64,000 bases of DNA from Verrucomicrobiaceae bacterium (GTDB lineage: Bacteria; Verrucomicrobiota; Verrucomicrobiia; Verrucomicrobiales; Verrucomicrobiaceae). Shown piece by piece: positions 48,193 to 57,167 of the stretch. Numbering within the stretch: the stretch's first letter is position 1; each line of letters opens with the position of its first letter. The notes under the pieces are model-generated. The model saw only the letters and a list, made by a program, of their open reading frames with translations. It ran no database searches and had not been told where the DNA came from. Where the stretch lies: contig JAEUHK010000045.1 of assembly GCA_016795465.1 (NCBI GenBank), positions 39,785 through 103,784 on the forward strand, read 5' to 3'. The translations under genes were made by a program, and so were the position numbers.

Positions 48193-49646
48193 GAACTTGG
48201 TGTGGCCGAGTATTTGGCCGAACCCGCCTTCGGCCTTCGATCCGCGATCTTTTCTTCTTTGAGCAAACGGCCGATGCCGAGCATCTCGCGCATTTCGGCC
48301 AGGGTATGGAAGTGGATGTCGTTCGGCGTGATCTCGGTGGCTTCGTGGAAGCGGCGGGTGACGGCGAGTTCGAGGTCGGTGGGGGTGATGCCGGGCTCGG
48401 GGGCGAGGTGGAGGTGGACTTCGTCGGTCTCGAGCGGGTCGTCGTGGCGTTTGCGCAGCTCCAACTGCCAGGCGGCGATGCCGCGCTGATCATCGAGGAG
48501 GTGTTCGAGGACATTGAAGTTCACCAGCGTGCCTTTGAGCTTGTCCATGTGCAGCTCTTTGACCTCGCTGACGCGTGAAATGGGGCCGACGAGGCGCGGG
48601 CAGGTGCGGCCGCAGTTCGGGCATTTTTCCCAATGCAGGCCGCCTTCGGCGATGTCGCCGGTGCGATAGCGCAAGACGACGGTGCCGCGGGAATCGAGCG
48701 GGGTGAAGACGATCTCGCCGGGATGGCCGTCGGGCACGATTTGGCCCGTTTTCGGGTCGATGAGCTCGATGAGGCCCAAATCGGGGCTGAGGTGGTAGCC
48801 GAAGGATTCGTGCGATTCGCCGACGCATTCAGGAAAGGCCATTTTCGCCTCGGTGAAGCCGTAGGTGGCCATCACATGCACCTCGGGACTTCCCAAGGCG
48901 GCGGCGAGTTCGCGCAAACGTGCTCGCAGGCCTTCGGCGGTCTTTTCACCGCCGAGGACGAGGCGTTTCATGTTGGGCCAGCGTTTGCCGGTTTCGAGGG
49001 CCTCACGCAGCACATGGTAGATGAAGGTGGGCATGCCGATGAGGACATCGGGCTGGATCTTGTCGATGAGCTTGATGTTGCCATCGGTGCCGAGTGTTTT
49101 GCCGCCGCCGGTGCTGAGCATGAAGGTGCCAAAGCCGAGGCCAGCATGATGCGCCTGCCAGAAGCCGAGATGCGGCGCATACGGGAAGAGATTGATGTGC
49201 CGCCAATCCCGCTGCGAGGCTCCGGCGAGCATCAGGCGTTCGCCAGCGATGTCGAGATTGTGCAAATCATGCTTCGTGAAAAGGAAGGGCACGGGATCGG
49301 CGGAGCGACCGGTGGTGCTGGTGAGGAGGATGGGGCGGAATTCGTGCTCGGCGTGCTCTTGAGCGGCTTTTTTGCCATGCAGCAAGGCATCGAAGATCAT
49401 ACCGGGCTCTCGGCGCAGTTTCGCGGCATCGGGCACGAGCACAAAGTCACGCGGGTTGGTGAGATCACGCTTCGAGGTGAGTGGCACGCGATGCCAGTCG
49501 GCCCATGAGCGGATGTCGCGGGCATCGAAGCGGCCGTGGTAATGCTTCGAGAAAGGCAGGACGCGGCGGGCGAGGTAGTCGCGGAGTTTGGCAAGCTGCC
49601 AGCGTTCCCAAACTTCACGAGGCGAGGTGTTCCAGTCGGGTTTCAT
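48189..49646 (-). CDS. Phenylacetate-CoA ligase (PaaK)-like adenylate-forming enzyme
   Basis: VPLTSK.DL, TSTTG, GMPTF, LGGE, TYGFTE and LRYRTGD. Start at MKPDWN. Confidence 0.85.
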   Translation of the reverse strand: MKPDWNTSPREVWERWQLAKLRDYLARRVLPFSKHYHGRFDARDIRSWADWHRVPLTSKRDLTNPRDFVLVPDAAKLRREPGMIFDALLHGKKAAQEHAEHEFRPILLTSTTGRSADPVPFLFTKHDLHNLDIAGERLMLAGASQRDWRHINLFPYAPHLGFWQAHHAGLGFGTFMLSTGGGKTLGTDGNIKLIDKIQPDVLIGMPTFIYHVLREALETGKRWPNMKRLVLGGEKTAEGLRARLRELAAALGSPEVHVMATYGFTEAKMAFPECVGESHESFGYHLSPDLGLIELIDPKTGQIVPDGHPGEIVFTPLDSRGTVVLRYRTGDIAEGGLHWEKCPNCGRTCPRLVGPISRVSEVKELHMDKLKGTLVNFNVLEHLLDDQRGIAAWQLELRKRHDDPLETDEVHLHLAPEPGITPTDLELAVTRRFHEATEITPNDIHFHTLAEMREMLGIGRLLKEEKIADRRPKAGSAKYSATPSS

Positions 49647-50631
49647 GGCGTGCGAGGGGTGTGGGGGTGGGTTGAAGAAGAAGCTCACGGATGGCGGGAA
49701 GCGCCGCGATGGCGGCCTCGCGCCCGGCCTGGAGGTAGTGGCCGAAGTTTTCAAAGTCGTGCCAGTTCGAGGCGGTGAAGCGTGGATGGATCACGACCTC
49801 CGCTGCAGCCTCCTCCTTCACGATGAGACGAAGCTGCGCGGCCATCAGCGAACGGCGGAAGGTGTCTAGCACATTGCCATGCGCGAGGAGGTTCACCTTT
49901 CTCCAAAGACGACGCAGCAGGCGGCTGGCAGCGTTTTGCGGCACCTCACAAGTCGTGCCGAAGGTGGTGTCATGCCCGCTTTCAAAATCACTCTGCGCGG
50001 GCATCACATTCACCGCGATGACATGATCGACATGGCAATGCTGCTTCAGCAACCGCACAGGCAGAGGCTCGGTGGCTCCGCCATCGGTGTAGCGTCGGCC
50101 GTTCAACTGCACCGGCGCACAGATCGCCGGGATCGCGGCGCTGGCATGCACGGCATGCGAGACCTGCCCGCTGCTGAAAACCTGTGGCGACAGGCGGTCG
50201 AGATCTGTGGCGACGACGATGAGTTCGCGTTCGAGCTCGGCGAAGGTGCGCTTTCCAAGATCACGCTCCAGATGCTGGCGGATTTTCTCGCCGCGGATGA
50301 GGCCTTCCGAAGGCGGGACGATGAAATCGAGCAGCTTCTTGAAGGTGGCGCGGTCTTTGATCTCGCGGGCACGCTCTTCGAGCGCCTTGCCATCGAGTCC
50401 CGCGGCCCACAGGGCACCGACATAGGCACCCATGCTGCAACCTGCGACGGCGGCGATGGGGATGGCGTTTTCCTCCAGCACCTGGATCACGCCCGCATGG
50501 GCGAGGCCGCGTGAGCCGCCGCTGCTGAGCACGAGCCCGAGGCGCGGCGTGTTTTCTCCCCCTGAGCCGTGCGGGTGGCTTTCTTCAGCACGGCTCCATC
50601 CCCGAAACGGTGGATGAAGATTGGCATTCAT
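49615..50631 (-). CDS. Patatin-like phospholipase (RssA/NTE type)
   Basis: LVLSSGGSRGLAHAGV, GCSMG, ASAAIP and DGG. Confidence 0.92.
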   Translation of the reverse strand: MNANLHPPFRGWSRAEESHPHGSGGENTPRLGLVLSSGGSRGLAHAGVIQVLEENAIPIAAVAGCSMGAYVGALWAAGLDGKALEERAREIKDRATFKKLLDFIVPPSEGLIRGEKIRQHLERDLGKRTFAELERELIVVATDLDRLSPQVFSSGQVSHAVHASAAIPAICAPVQLNGRRYTDGGATEPLPVRLLKQHCHVDHVIAVNVMPAQSDFESGHDTTFGTTCEVPQNAASRLLRRLWRKVNLLAHGNVLDTFRRSLMAAQLRLIVKEEAAAEVVIHPRFTASNWHDFENFGHYLQAGREAAIAALPAIRELLLQPTPTPLARHETRLEHLAS

Positions 50632-50703
50632 GGCCTGCGTGGGTTGTTGGAGGCTTAGAACCTCCCACGCGGCAAAGATTCAAAAATCAGCGCAGCAAAA
50701 AAC

Positions 50704-51651
50704 TCACGGGCGGCGGGTCTGCGCCAGTGCCTCGGCCTTCAGCTTCTGGATGGAGGCATCGCCTTGGGCGATGAGCGGGTCAAACATGGGGATCTCCTTC
50801 GCGTTCTGGCCCTGCTCGTGTTTGCGGAAGCCGAAGAGGTAAGTCTCGTTCTGCGGACGCCAGCGGTTGAAGAAGAGGGTGTCCTTCGCGATCACGGCCC
50901 GGCGGAGGTTTTCGAGGGCCGGCGAAGGTGCTTCCGGGATTTTCAGCCCTAGGCCCTGCACGAGCTTCGCGGCGAGTTTTTCATAACCCAGCTGCGTGTA
51001 GTGCACGCCATTCTCGGTGAGCGGTTTGGAGGCGAGGCCGGGCTTTGGCAGACCGCCCATGAGCTCAAACCAGTCGATGAAGAACGCATTCTGCATCATG
51101 GCAAACTTCCGCAGCGCATCACGCAGGCTGGAGAGGTTTTTGTTTTCGGTGCTGAGGTCTGGAAGCGGCGGCTGGAGGCTTTCGAGCGGTGGCGGTGCCA
51201 CCACGATGATGCGCACGCCGGGGGATTTCGCGCGGATGAGGTCGATGAGGCTGCGGTAGCCCGTCAAAAAGTCCGGCAGGCCCTGGAGACGCTCAAAAGC
51301 GAGCTCGGAGCCGTAGCAAAGCATGGCCACGGTGGGCTTCAGCATATCGAGATGACCCGAGAGGCGCTGGATGCCTTCCTCCGGAGGGCCGAAGTAAGAC
51401 CTCGCCGTGCCGAAAACCGTGTCGCCACTCCACGCGAGGTTTCGCACGCTCACCTTGGTTTCACCGAGGGCGAGAGCCAGGCGGGGCTCGAAGGCACCGT
51501 AACGCTGTTCACGCTCGAAAACGGTGTTTCCCAGCAGCACGAGCTTGTCGCCATCTTTGAATTCAAAGGTCGTTTTGTCCGCGGGGGCCGTCGTTTCCTG
51601 CCCGTGCAACGCGAGCGTGGAGAAAAGGAGGAGGGTGAGGAGGGACTTCAT
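50704..51651 (-). CDS. SGNH/GDSL-like hydrolase, secreted
   Basis: Signal peptide, LLGNT, RNLAWSGDTV and TENGVH. Confidence 0.8.
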   Translation of the reverse strand: MKSLLTLLLFSTLALHGQETTAPADKTTFEFKDGDKLVLLGNTVFEREQRYGAFEPRLALALGETKVSVRNLAWSGDTVFGTARSYFGPPEEGIQRLSGHLDMLKPTVAMLCYGSELAFERLQGLPDFLTGYRSLIDLIRAKSPGVRIIVVAPPPLESLQPPLPDLSTENKNLSSLRDALRKFAMMQNAFFIDWFELMGGLPKPGLASKPLTENGVHYTQLGYEKLAAKLVQGLGLKIPEAPSPALENLRRAVIAKDTLFFNRWRPQNETYLFGFRKHEQGQNAKEIPMFDPLIAQGDASIQKLKAEALAQTRRP

Positions 51652-51717
51652 CGTGGAGGGGCCGAGAATGGAGCGTGGGCCGGTGCCTTGTCCAGTTTCA
51701 CGTTCCTTCTTCTCACC

Positions 51718-52323
51718 TCAGCCCGCCCGGCGCATGGCGGTGATCCACTCGGGAGCAGTCCCCTGCCCCGGCACCGAGGTGTCCGGCTGGCGGCGGAGGC
51801 CAAAAGCATGCGCGAGGCACCACTCGAGACCTTCCCACAAATGCATGCCATCGAGCAGCGGATTGAGCACGTTCGTGACCGGGCAGTAGCGCACTTCCTT
51901 CGGGTTCGTGTGGTGGATGGCATGATGACGCGGGGTTTGCAGGATGCGGAGGTCTTGCAGCCAGGAGATCAGGCGGCCGTTCTCACGCCGCGTGCGGTGG
52001 GACCACTTGTGGACCTCGTTTGCATTGCCGGCGATGAGGGCAAAGAGCCACACATGCCAAGTGAGCCGTCCGAGCAAGGCCGCACAGCCCACCAGCAGTC
52101 CCATGACGAGCATGAGGTCCCAATTGCTCTGCCACCACGAGTTCCGCGTCATGTGCCGCGGCAGATGGTGGTGGACGGTGTTTGGCTTTCCGACGAGGCG
52201 GCCGACCAGCGGTGTGTCCTCGCGGATGTAGGCGTCCTCGATCCAGTGGATGAAACCGGCGGCGAAATCAGCGGCGAGAATGACGCCGGCTGCTTGAAGT
52301 GGGATGGCGATGAGTTCGTTCAT
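51718..52323 (-). CDS. CarF/TMEM189/FAD4-family lipid desaturase
   Basis: His boxes GFIHWIED, HHH.P, HKWSH and HHAIHH, plus YC..T..LNP.LD. Start at MNELIA. Confidence 0.88.
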   Translation of the reverse strand: MNELIAIPLQAAGVILAADFAAGFIHWIEDAYIREDTPLVGRLVGKPNTVHHHLPRHMTRNSWWQSNWDLMLVMGLLVGCAALLGRLTWHVWLFALIAGNANEVHKWSHRTRRENGRLISWLQDLRILQTPRHHAIHHTNPKEVRYCPVTNVLNPLLDGMHLWEGLEWCLAHAFGLRRQPDTSVPGQGTAPEWITAMRRAG

Positions 52324-52446
52324 GGCGCCGCCACCTCTGCCCGCGAACCGTCGCCGCGGGATATTGATAGTCCAAAAGACGCCATCGACATCGTCAATGC
52401 TCGTCCACCACCTTGACCTCGGGACTCGTCCACCCGATAGACGGCC

Positions 52447-53706
52447 ATGCGCCCTCCCCAGCGTCCCAACCGCCCGTTTCGTCGTCCACCGCCTCCCGGT
52501 CCTGCCACTTCCGCACCGGGCAGCGAGGCATGGCGCACGCCTTGGGCGCAGATGAAGTATTTCTCCTTCAATCCCGCGGTGTATCCGAACATGCTCACCG
52601 CCGTGTCTCCGGATGCAGGCCCAGGCGATCTCGTGCATGTGTATGACAAGGAAGGCCAGCCTTTTGGCACCGGTTTCTACAATCCGAAGGCCCGCGTGCC
52701 TCTCCGCGTGCTCGATCATCACGCGGAGAACTTTGACGAGGCCAGCCTCGATGCCCGCCTGGACGCGGCGCTCGACCTCCGGCTCGACACACTTCGCCTG
52801 AACGAGATCTCGGATGCCTGGCGAGTCATTCATTCCGATGGCGATGGCCTCAGCGGCCTCGTCGTCGATCGCTACGACGACGTGCTCTCCATCGAAGTCA
52901 CCACGCTCGGCATCTGGAAGCGCCTCCGTCGCTGGCTGCCGAGGCTTCACGAGCGTCTCGGCACGAAGCAGCACGTCATTCAAATCGATCCCGACATCGC
53001 CCGCATCGAAGGCATGCGCTATGCGGATGTGCCGGAGGCCGAAGATCCCTCGCCGCGCAGCGTCCGCGTGCGTGAGCATGGCGTGCGCTACCTCGTGAAT
53101 TTCGACGACGGGCACAAGACCGGCTTCTTCTGCGACCAACGCGAAAATCGCGTGCGCTTTGCCAAGCTGGCTCGTGGCCGCCGCGTGCTCGATTTGTGCA
53201 CTTACACCGGCGGTTTCGCGCTTTCGGCGAAGGTGCTCGGAGGTTGCGAGGATGTCACCGGTGTCGATTTGGATGAGAAAGCCATCGCGCAGGCGAAGAA
53301 GAACGCCGATCTCAATCAAACGCGTGTCACCTGGACGCATGGCGATACCTTCACCTGGGGCCGCCAGATGCAGCAAAACGGCCAGACGTGGGACGCCGTG
53401 GTGCTCGATCCTCCGAAGCTTATCCACACCCGCGAACCCGAGGAGGCCCAGCTTGGCCGAAACAAATATTATGACATGAACGTGGTCGCCCTGAGCCTGC
53501 TGAAGCGTGGCGGGCTCTTCGTGAGCTGCTCCTGCTCCGGCCTGCTTGATGTTGCGGAGTTTGAAGAGATCGTCATGCGTGCCGCCCACCGCAGCAAACG
53601 CCGCCTCCAGATCCTCGACCGCACCGGTGCCGGTGGCGATCATCCCGTCATGTCGAATTGCCCCGATGGCCGCTACCTGAAGGTGCTGTGGGCGATGGCT
53701 CTGTAA
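52447..53706 (+). CDS. RlmI-like SAM-dependent rRNA methyltransferase
   Basis: PUA-like N-terminus, DGLSGLVVDRY, GHKTGFFCDQRENR, VLDLCTYTGGF, LDPP and SCS. Confidence 0.9.
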   Translation: MRPPQRPNRPFRRPPPPGPATSAPGSEAWRTPWAQMKYFSFNPAVYPNMLTAVSPDAGPGDLVHVYDKEGQPFGTGFYNPKARVPLRVLDHHAENFDEASLDARLDAALDLRLDTLRLNEISDAWRVIHSDGDGLSGLVVDRYDDVLSIEVTTLGIWKRLRRWLPRLHERLGTKQHVIQIDPDIARIEGMRYADVPEAEDPSPRSVRVREHGVRYLVNFDDGHKTGFFCDQRENRVRFAKLARGRRVLDLCTYTGGFALSAKVLGGCEDVTGVDLDEKAIAQAKKNADLNQTRVTWTHGDTFTWGRQMQQNGQTWDAVVLDPPKLIHTREPEEAQLGRNKYYDMNVVALSLLKRGGLFVSCSCSGLLDVAEFEEIVMRAAHRSKRRLQILDRTGAGGDHPVMSNCPDGRYLKVLWAMAL

Positions 53707-53721
53707 CCTCCTCGAATCCTC

Positions 53722-54492
53722 ATGCGCTACTTTCTCGCCCTTCTTCTCCTGCTCACCGCCTGCTCGAAGCGGGACGTGATCGTCATCGGCATGGATGCCA
53801 CTTATCCGCCATTCGAGTTCGTGGACGAAAAAGGCCAGATCAGCGGCGTGAGCGTCGAGATCGGCCGTGAAATCGGCAAAGCCGCCGGGAAGGAGGTCGA
53901 GTTCCGAAACATCAACTTCGACGGCCTCATCACCGCTTTACGCACGGGCTCGATCGACTTCGTGATCTCATCCATGACCGCCAACGACGAGCGACGGAAG
54001 TCCATCGACTTCTCCGAGCCGTATGTGAAGACCGGCCTCGCCATCCTGGCGGCGAAAGATGCCCCCGTGCAGTCCGTGGCTGATTTGCAGACACCCGGTC
54101 GCAAGGTCGTCGTGCGGCTCGGCACCACGGGCGAGAGCTGGGCACGTCAAAACCTGCCAAAGGCTGACATCAAGGCCCTCGATCTCGATACCTCATGCGT
54201 GTTGGAAGTCGTGAATGGCAATGTCGATGCCTGGGTGTATGACCAGCTCTCGATCATGAACTATCAGGCGAAACATCCAGAGAAGACACGCGCCTTGCTC
54301 GCGCCGCTGCGGGAGGAGTCATGGGCCGTCGGGCTGCGTCAGGGCGATGAAGCAAAGAAGACGCTGGTGAATGAAACACTGGCCCGCATGCGCAAAGACG
54401 GCTCCTTCACGCGGCTGGCGGAGCAATTCATGGCGAAGGAACGCGAAATGATGAAGCAGCAAGGGCTGCCATTCGTGTTCGAGCTGCCTTGA
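53722..54492 (+). CDS. Polar amino-acid ABC transporter substrate-binding lipoprotein
   Basis: LTAC lipobox, YPPFEF, FDGLITAL and MTAN.ER..IDFSEPY. Confidence 0.92.
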   Translation: MRYFLALLLLLTACSKRDVIVIGMDATYPPFEFVDEKGQISGVSVEIGREIGKAAGKEVEFRNINFDGLITALRTGSIDFVISSMTANDERRKSIDFSEPYVKTGLAILAAKDAPVQSVADLQTPGRKVVVRLGTTGESWARQNLPKADIKALDLDTSCVLEVVNGNVDAWVYDQLSIMNYQAKHPEKTRALLAPLREESWAVGLRQGDEAKKTLVNETLARMRKDGSFTRLAEQFMAKEREMMKQQGLPFVFELP

Positions 54493-54494
54493 GG

Positions 54495-55013
54495 CTACTT
54501 CAGCGCCTGTTCGATGGCTTGCAGCAGCTCGGGCGAATTTGGCTCGACGTCCGAACCGAAGCGCTTCAGGACCTTACCATCCTTGCCGATGAGGAACTTT
54601 TCGAAGTTCCAGCCCACATCACCGCCATTTTGCGTGAGAAGGGCAAACAGCGGGTGCTTGGCATCGCCTTTGATGCTCACTTTCGAAGTCATCGGAAAGG
54701 TGGCCTTGTAGTTTTCGGTGCAGAAGACCTTGATGGCCTTCTCATCATCCGGCTCCTGGCCGCCGAAATCATTGCAAGGCACGCCGAGCACCACCAAGCC
54801 CTTCGCTGCCATCTTCTCATGCAGCTCCTGCAACCCGGCATACTGCGGCGTGTAACCGCACTGTGAAGCCACATTGATCACCAGCACGGCTTTTCCGGCA
54901 TAGGTTTTCAAAGAAAGGTCTTTACCGTCGATATCCTTGAGCGTGATCTCGTGGACGGAATCGGCCGCAAAGGAGGTGATGGTCATGGCAAGAAGGGCAA
55001 AGAGGGTTTTCAT
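54495..55013 (-). CDS. Cys-type glutathione peroxidase family protein, secreted
   Basis: NVASQCGYTPQY, PCNDFGGQEP and WNFEKFL. Confidence 0.95.
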   Translation of the reverse strand: MKTLFALLAMTITSFAADSVHEITLKDIDGKDLSLKTYAGKAVLVINVASQCGYTPQYAGLQELHEKMAAKGLVVLGVPCNDFGGQEPDDEKAIKVFCTENYKATFPMTSKVSIKGDAKHPLFALLTQNGGDVGWNFEKFLIGKDGKVLKRFGSDVEPNSPELLQAIEQALK

Positions 55014-55026
55014 GTGGGAGAGTGGA

Positions 55027-56424
55027 TCAAAGTTCGACTGTCTGCTTGAACGCTGCGACCGTGAAGTTGGATTCAGGGTGCTTCATCTGAAGCGCGGTTT
55101 GCAGGATACCGGACCGCTCGGGCTCGCCATGGACGAGGAAGACCTTTTTCTTCGGTCCGGTGACCTTGCCATACCACTCGATAAGCTCGTCGTGGTCCGC
55201 GTGACCGGAAAAGGAATCGAGCGTCTCGATCTCCGCCTTCACCTCAAACTCCTCGCCCAGGATGTGTACCCTTTCGTGACCTTCACGAAGCCTCCAGCCG
55301 AGAGTGTTTTCGGCGCAGTAGCCCACGAAGAGGATGATGTTCTTCGGGTTGCCCACGTTGTTGCGCAGATGGTGCAGGATGCGTCCGCTCTCTGCCATGC
55401 CGGAGGCGGAGATGATGATGGCCGCTCCTTTGAGGCGGTTGAGCTTCTTCGAGTCATCGACCGTGCGGATGAGTTGCAGCCCCTCAAAGCCAAACGGGTC
55501 ATTCCGCATGAAAACGGCGTCACGGATCTCCGGACGCAGATCATCGATGTGCAGGCGGAAGATCTCCGTGGCACGCACCGCGAGCGGGCTGTCCACAAAG
55601 GTGGGTATCTCTGCCACGGTGTTGTGATGGCGCATGCGGTCGATAGCACACAGGAGCTGCTGCGTGCGCTCGACGGCAAAGGCGGGAATGATCAGCTTTC
55701 CCTTTTGTTGCGCCGTGCGGCGAATGATCGCGGCGAGGTGCTCATCCGCCACGGTGGCCATCTCATGCCGGCGGCCGCCATAAGTGCTCTCCATGATCAC
55801 ATGGTCCACGTTTTCGCAGGGCTCGGCGGAGTTGAGCAGCTCATTGCCAGGGCGGCCGATGTCACCGGAGAAAAGCAGGCGTGATTTGCGCTTGGTGGCC
55901 CGGTCATCGATATCGAGCACCACCTGCGCGGAGCCGAGCACGTGCCCGGCATCGATAAAGGTGAGCGTCACTCCGTCGGCCACGGGAAGCGGGCGGTGGT
56001 AGGAGACCGTGACGAACTGCCGCATGGACTTCTCCGCGTCCACCACCGTGTAGCTGGGCTCCAGCTCGGGCTCGTTGTCCTGCCGGTGCTTGTTCAGCCA
56101 CAGGATGTCGTTCACATGAATATGGGCCGCGTCCGGCAGCATGATGCTGCACAGGTCCCGCGTGGCAGGCGTGGCGTAGATGTTTCCCGTGAAGCCCAGC
56201 TTGCACAGATGCGGCAGCGCACCGCAGTGGTCGATGTGCGCGTGGGAAAGGATGACGTGGTCGATGGTCTTCGGATCGAAGGGAAAGTGCTTGTTCCGCT
56301 CGATGGTGTCCTTCCGGCGTCCCTGGTAGAGGCCGCAATCGAGTAGGATGCGCTGGCCGTTGACTTCGAGGAGGTGTTTCGAACCGGTGGTGGTGCCCGC
56401 GGCACCGCAAAAGGAGATTTTCAT
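55027..56424 (-). CDS. MBL-fold beta-CASP RNA-processing hydrolase
   Basis: LDCGLYQG, SHAHIDH, AGHVLGS, MESTYG, FSGHAD and LVHGE. Confidence 0.92.
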   Translation of the reverse strand: MKISFCGAAGTTTGSKHLLEVNGQRILLDCGLYQGRRKDTIERNKHFPFDPKTIDHVILSHAHIDHCGALPHLCKLGFTGNIYATPATRDLCSIMLPDAAHIHVNDILWLNKHRQDNEPELEPSYTVVDAEKSMRQFVTVSYHRPLPVADGVTLTFIDAGHVLGSAQVVLDIDDRATKRKSRLLFSGDIGRPGNELLNSAEPCENVDHVIMESTYGGRRHEMATVADEHLAAIIRRTAQQKGKLIIPAFAVERTQQLLCAIDRMRHHNTVAEIPTFVDSPLAVRATEIFRLHIDDLRPEIRDAVFMRNDPFGFEGLQLIRTVDDSKKLNRLKGAAIIISASGMAESGRILHHLRNNVGNPKNIILFVGYCAENTLGWRLREGHERVHILGEEFEVKAEIETLDSFSGHADHDELIEWYGKVTGPKKKVFLVHGEPERSGILQTALQMKHPESNFTVAAFKQTVEL

Positions 56425-56527
56425 GATGGCTGGGTGCCGTAATGAAACCGGAAACTGCTCCGAGAAGCAAGCGTGCCCTTCACAAAGTGGCTCAAGGAGG
56501 CATATTTTCCGCTGTCCTGCCTCCCGC

Positions 56528-57118
56528 ATGAACTTCCCGCTCACCCTCACCTTCAAGTTTTTCGCCCTCAGCCCGCAGATTTTCGTCAATGATCCCGCCG
56601 GAGGTCCGGTGTGCTATGTGAAGCAAAAACTCTTCCGGCTGCGCGAGAAGATCGAGCTCTTCAAAGACTCCTCCCGCACGGAGATGCTGGCCACCATCGA
56701 GGCAGACCGCATCATCGACTGGTCGGCGAAGTACACCTTCAAAAGCCCCGCCGGCGGCAGCTTCGGCTCGGTGGGCCGCCGCGGCATGAAATCGATCTGG
56801 CGTGCGCATTACGAGGTCTTTCCGCCCGCGGGCGGTGCACCGGCCTTCACCATCCGTGAGGAGAATCCGATGGCGAAGATCGTCGATGCTTTGCTGGGCG
56901 AGATTCCCATCGTCGGCCTTTTCACCGGCTACATGATTCACCCGAAATACATCGCCACGCGTCCGGATGGCACGCCGGTCATGCGTTTGACGAAACAGGC
57001 ATCGCTTTTGGAGCGTCGCTTCACCATCGATCTGCTTTCACCCGCGGATGAGGGCGAGCAGGCGGCGCTGGTGATGTCGTTTTTGATGATGATCCTGCTC
57101 GAACGTTCGCGTGGTTGA
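56528..57118 (+). CDS. LURP-one/scramblase-like (tubby C fold) protein
   Basis: YVKQKLFRLRE.I and FTIREEN patterns. Confidence 0.65.
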   Translation: MNFPLTLTFKFFALSPQIFVNDPAGGPVCYVKQKLFRLREKIELFKDSSRTEMLATIEADRIIDWSAKYTFKSPAGGSFGSVGRRGMKSIWRAHYEVFPPAGGAPAFTIREENPMAKIVDALLGEIPIVGLFTGYMIHPKYIATRPDGTPVMRLTKQASLLERRFTIDLLSPADEGEQAALVMSFLMMILLERSRG

Positions 57119-57167
57119 GTGACGAAGAATTGAAGTGACGGGCGCACGCTCTCGCGCATGATCACGC

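Noticed and set aside
49615-50631. Patatin as a CBASS/CapV-type effector partnered with the NLR
   Set aside because: The motifs are RssA/NTE-type, it is on the opposite strand and coupled to a CoA ligase, and no cyclase is nearby.
52324-53643. 641-aa ORF suggesting a large fusion to the CarF-like desaturase
   Set aside because: The extension is antisense to the RlmI-like gene. The desaturase starts at 52323.
54495-55013. Selenocysteine glutathione peroxidase
   Set aside because: The active-site codon encodes Cys and there is no in-frame TGA.
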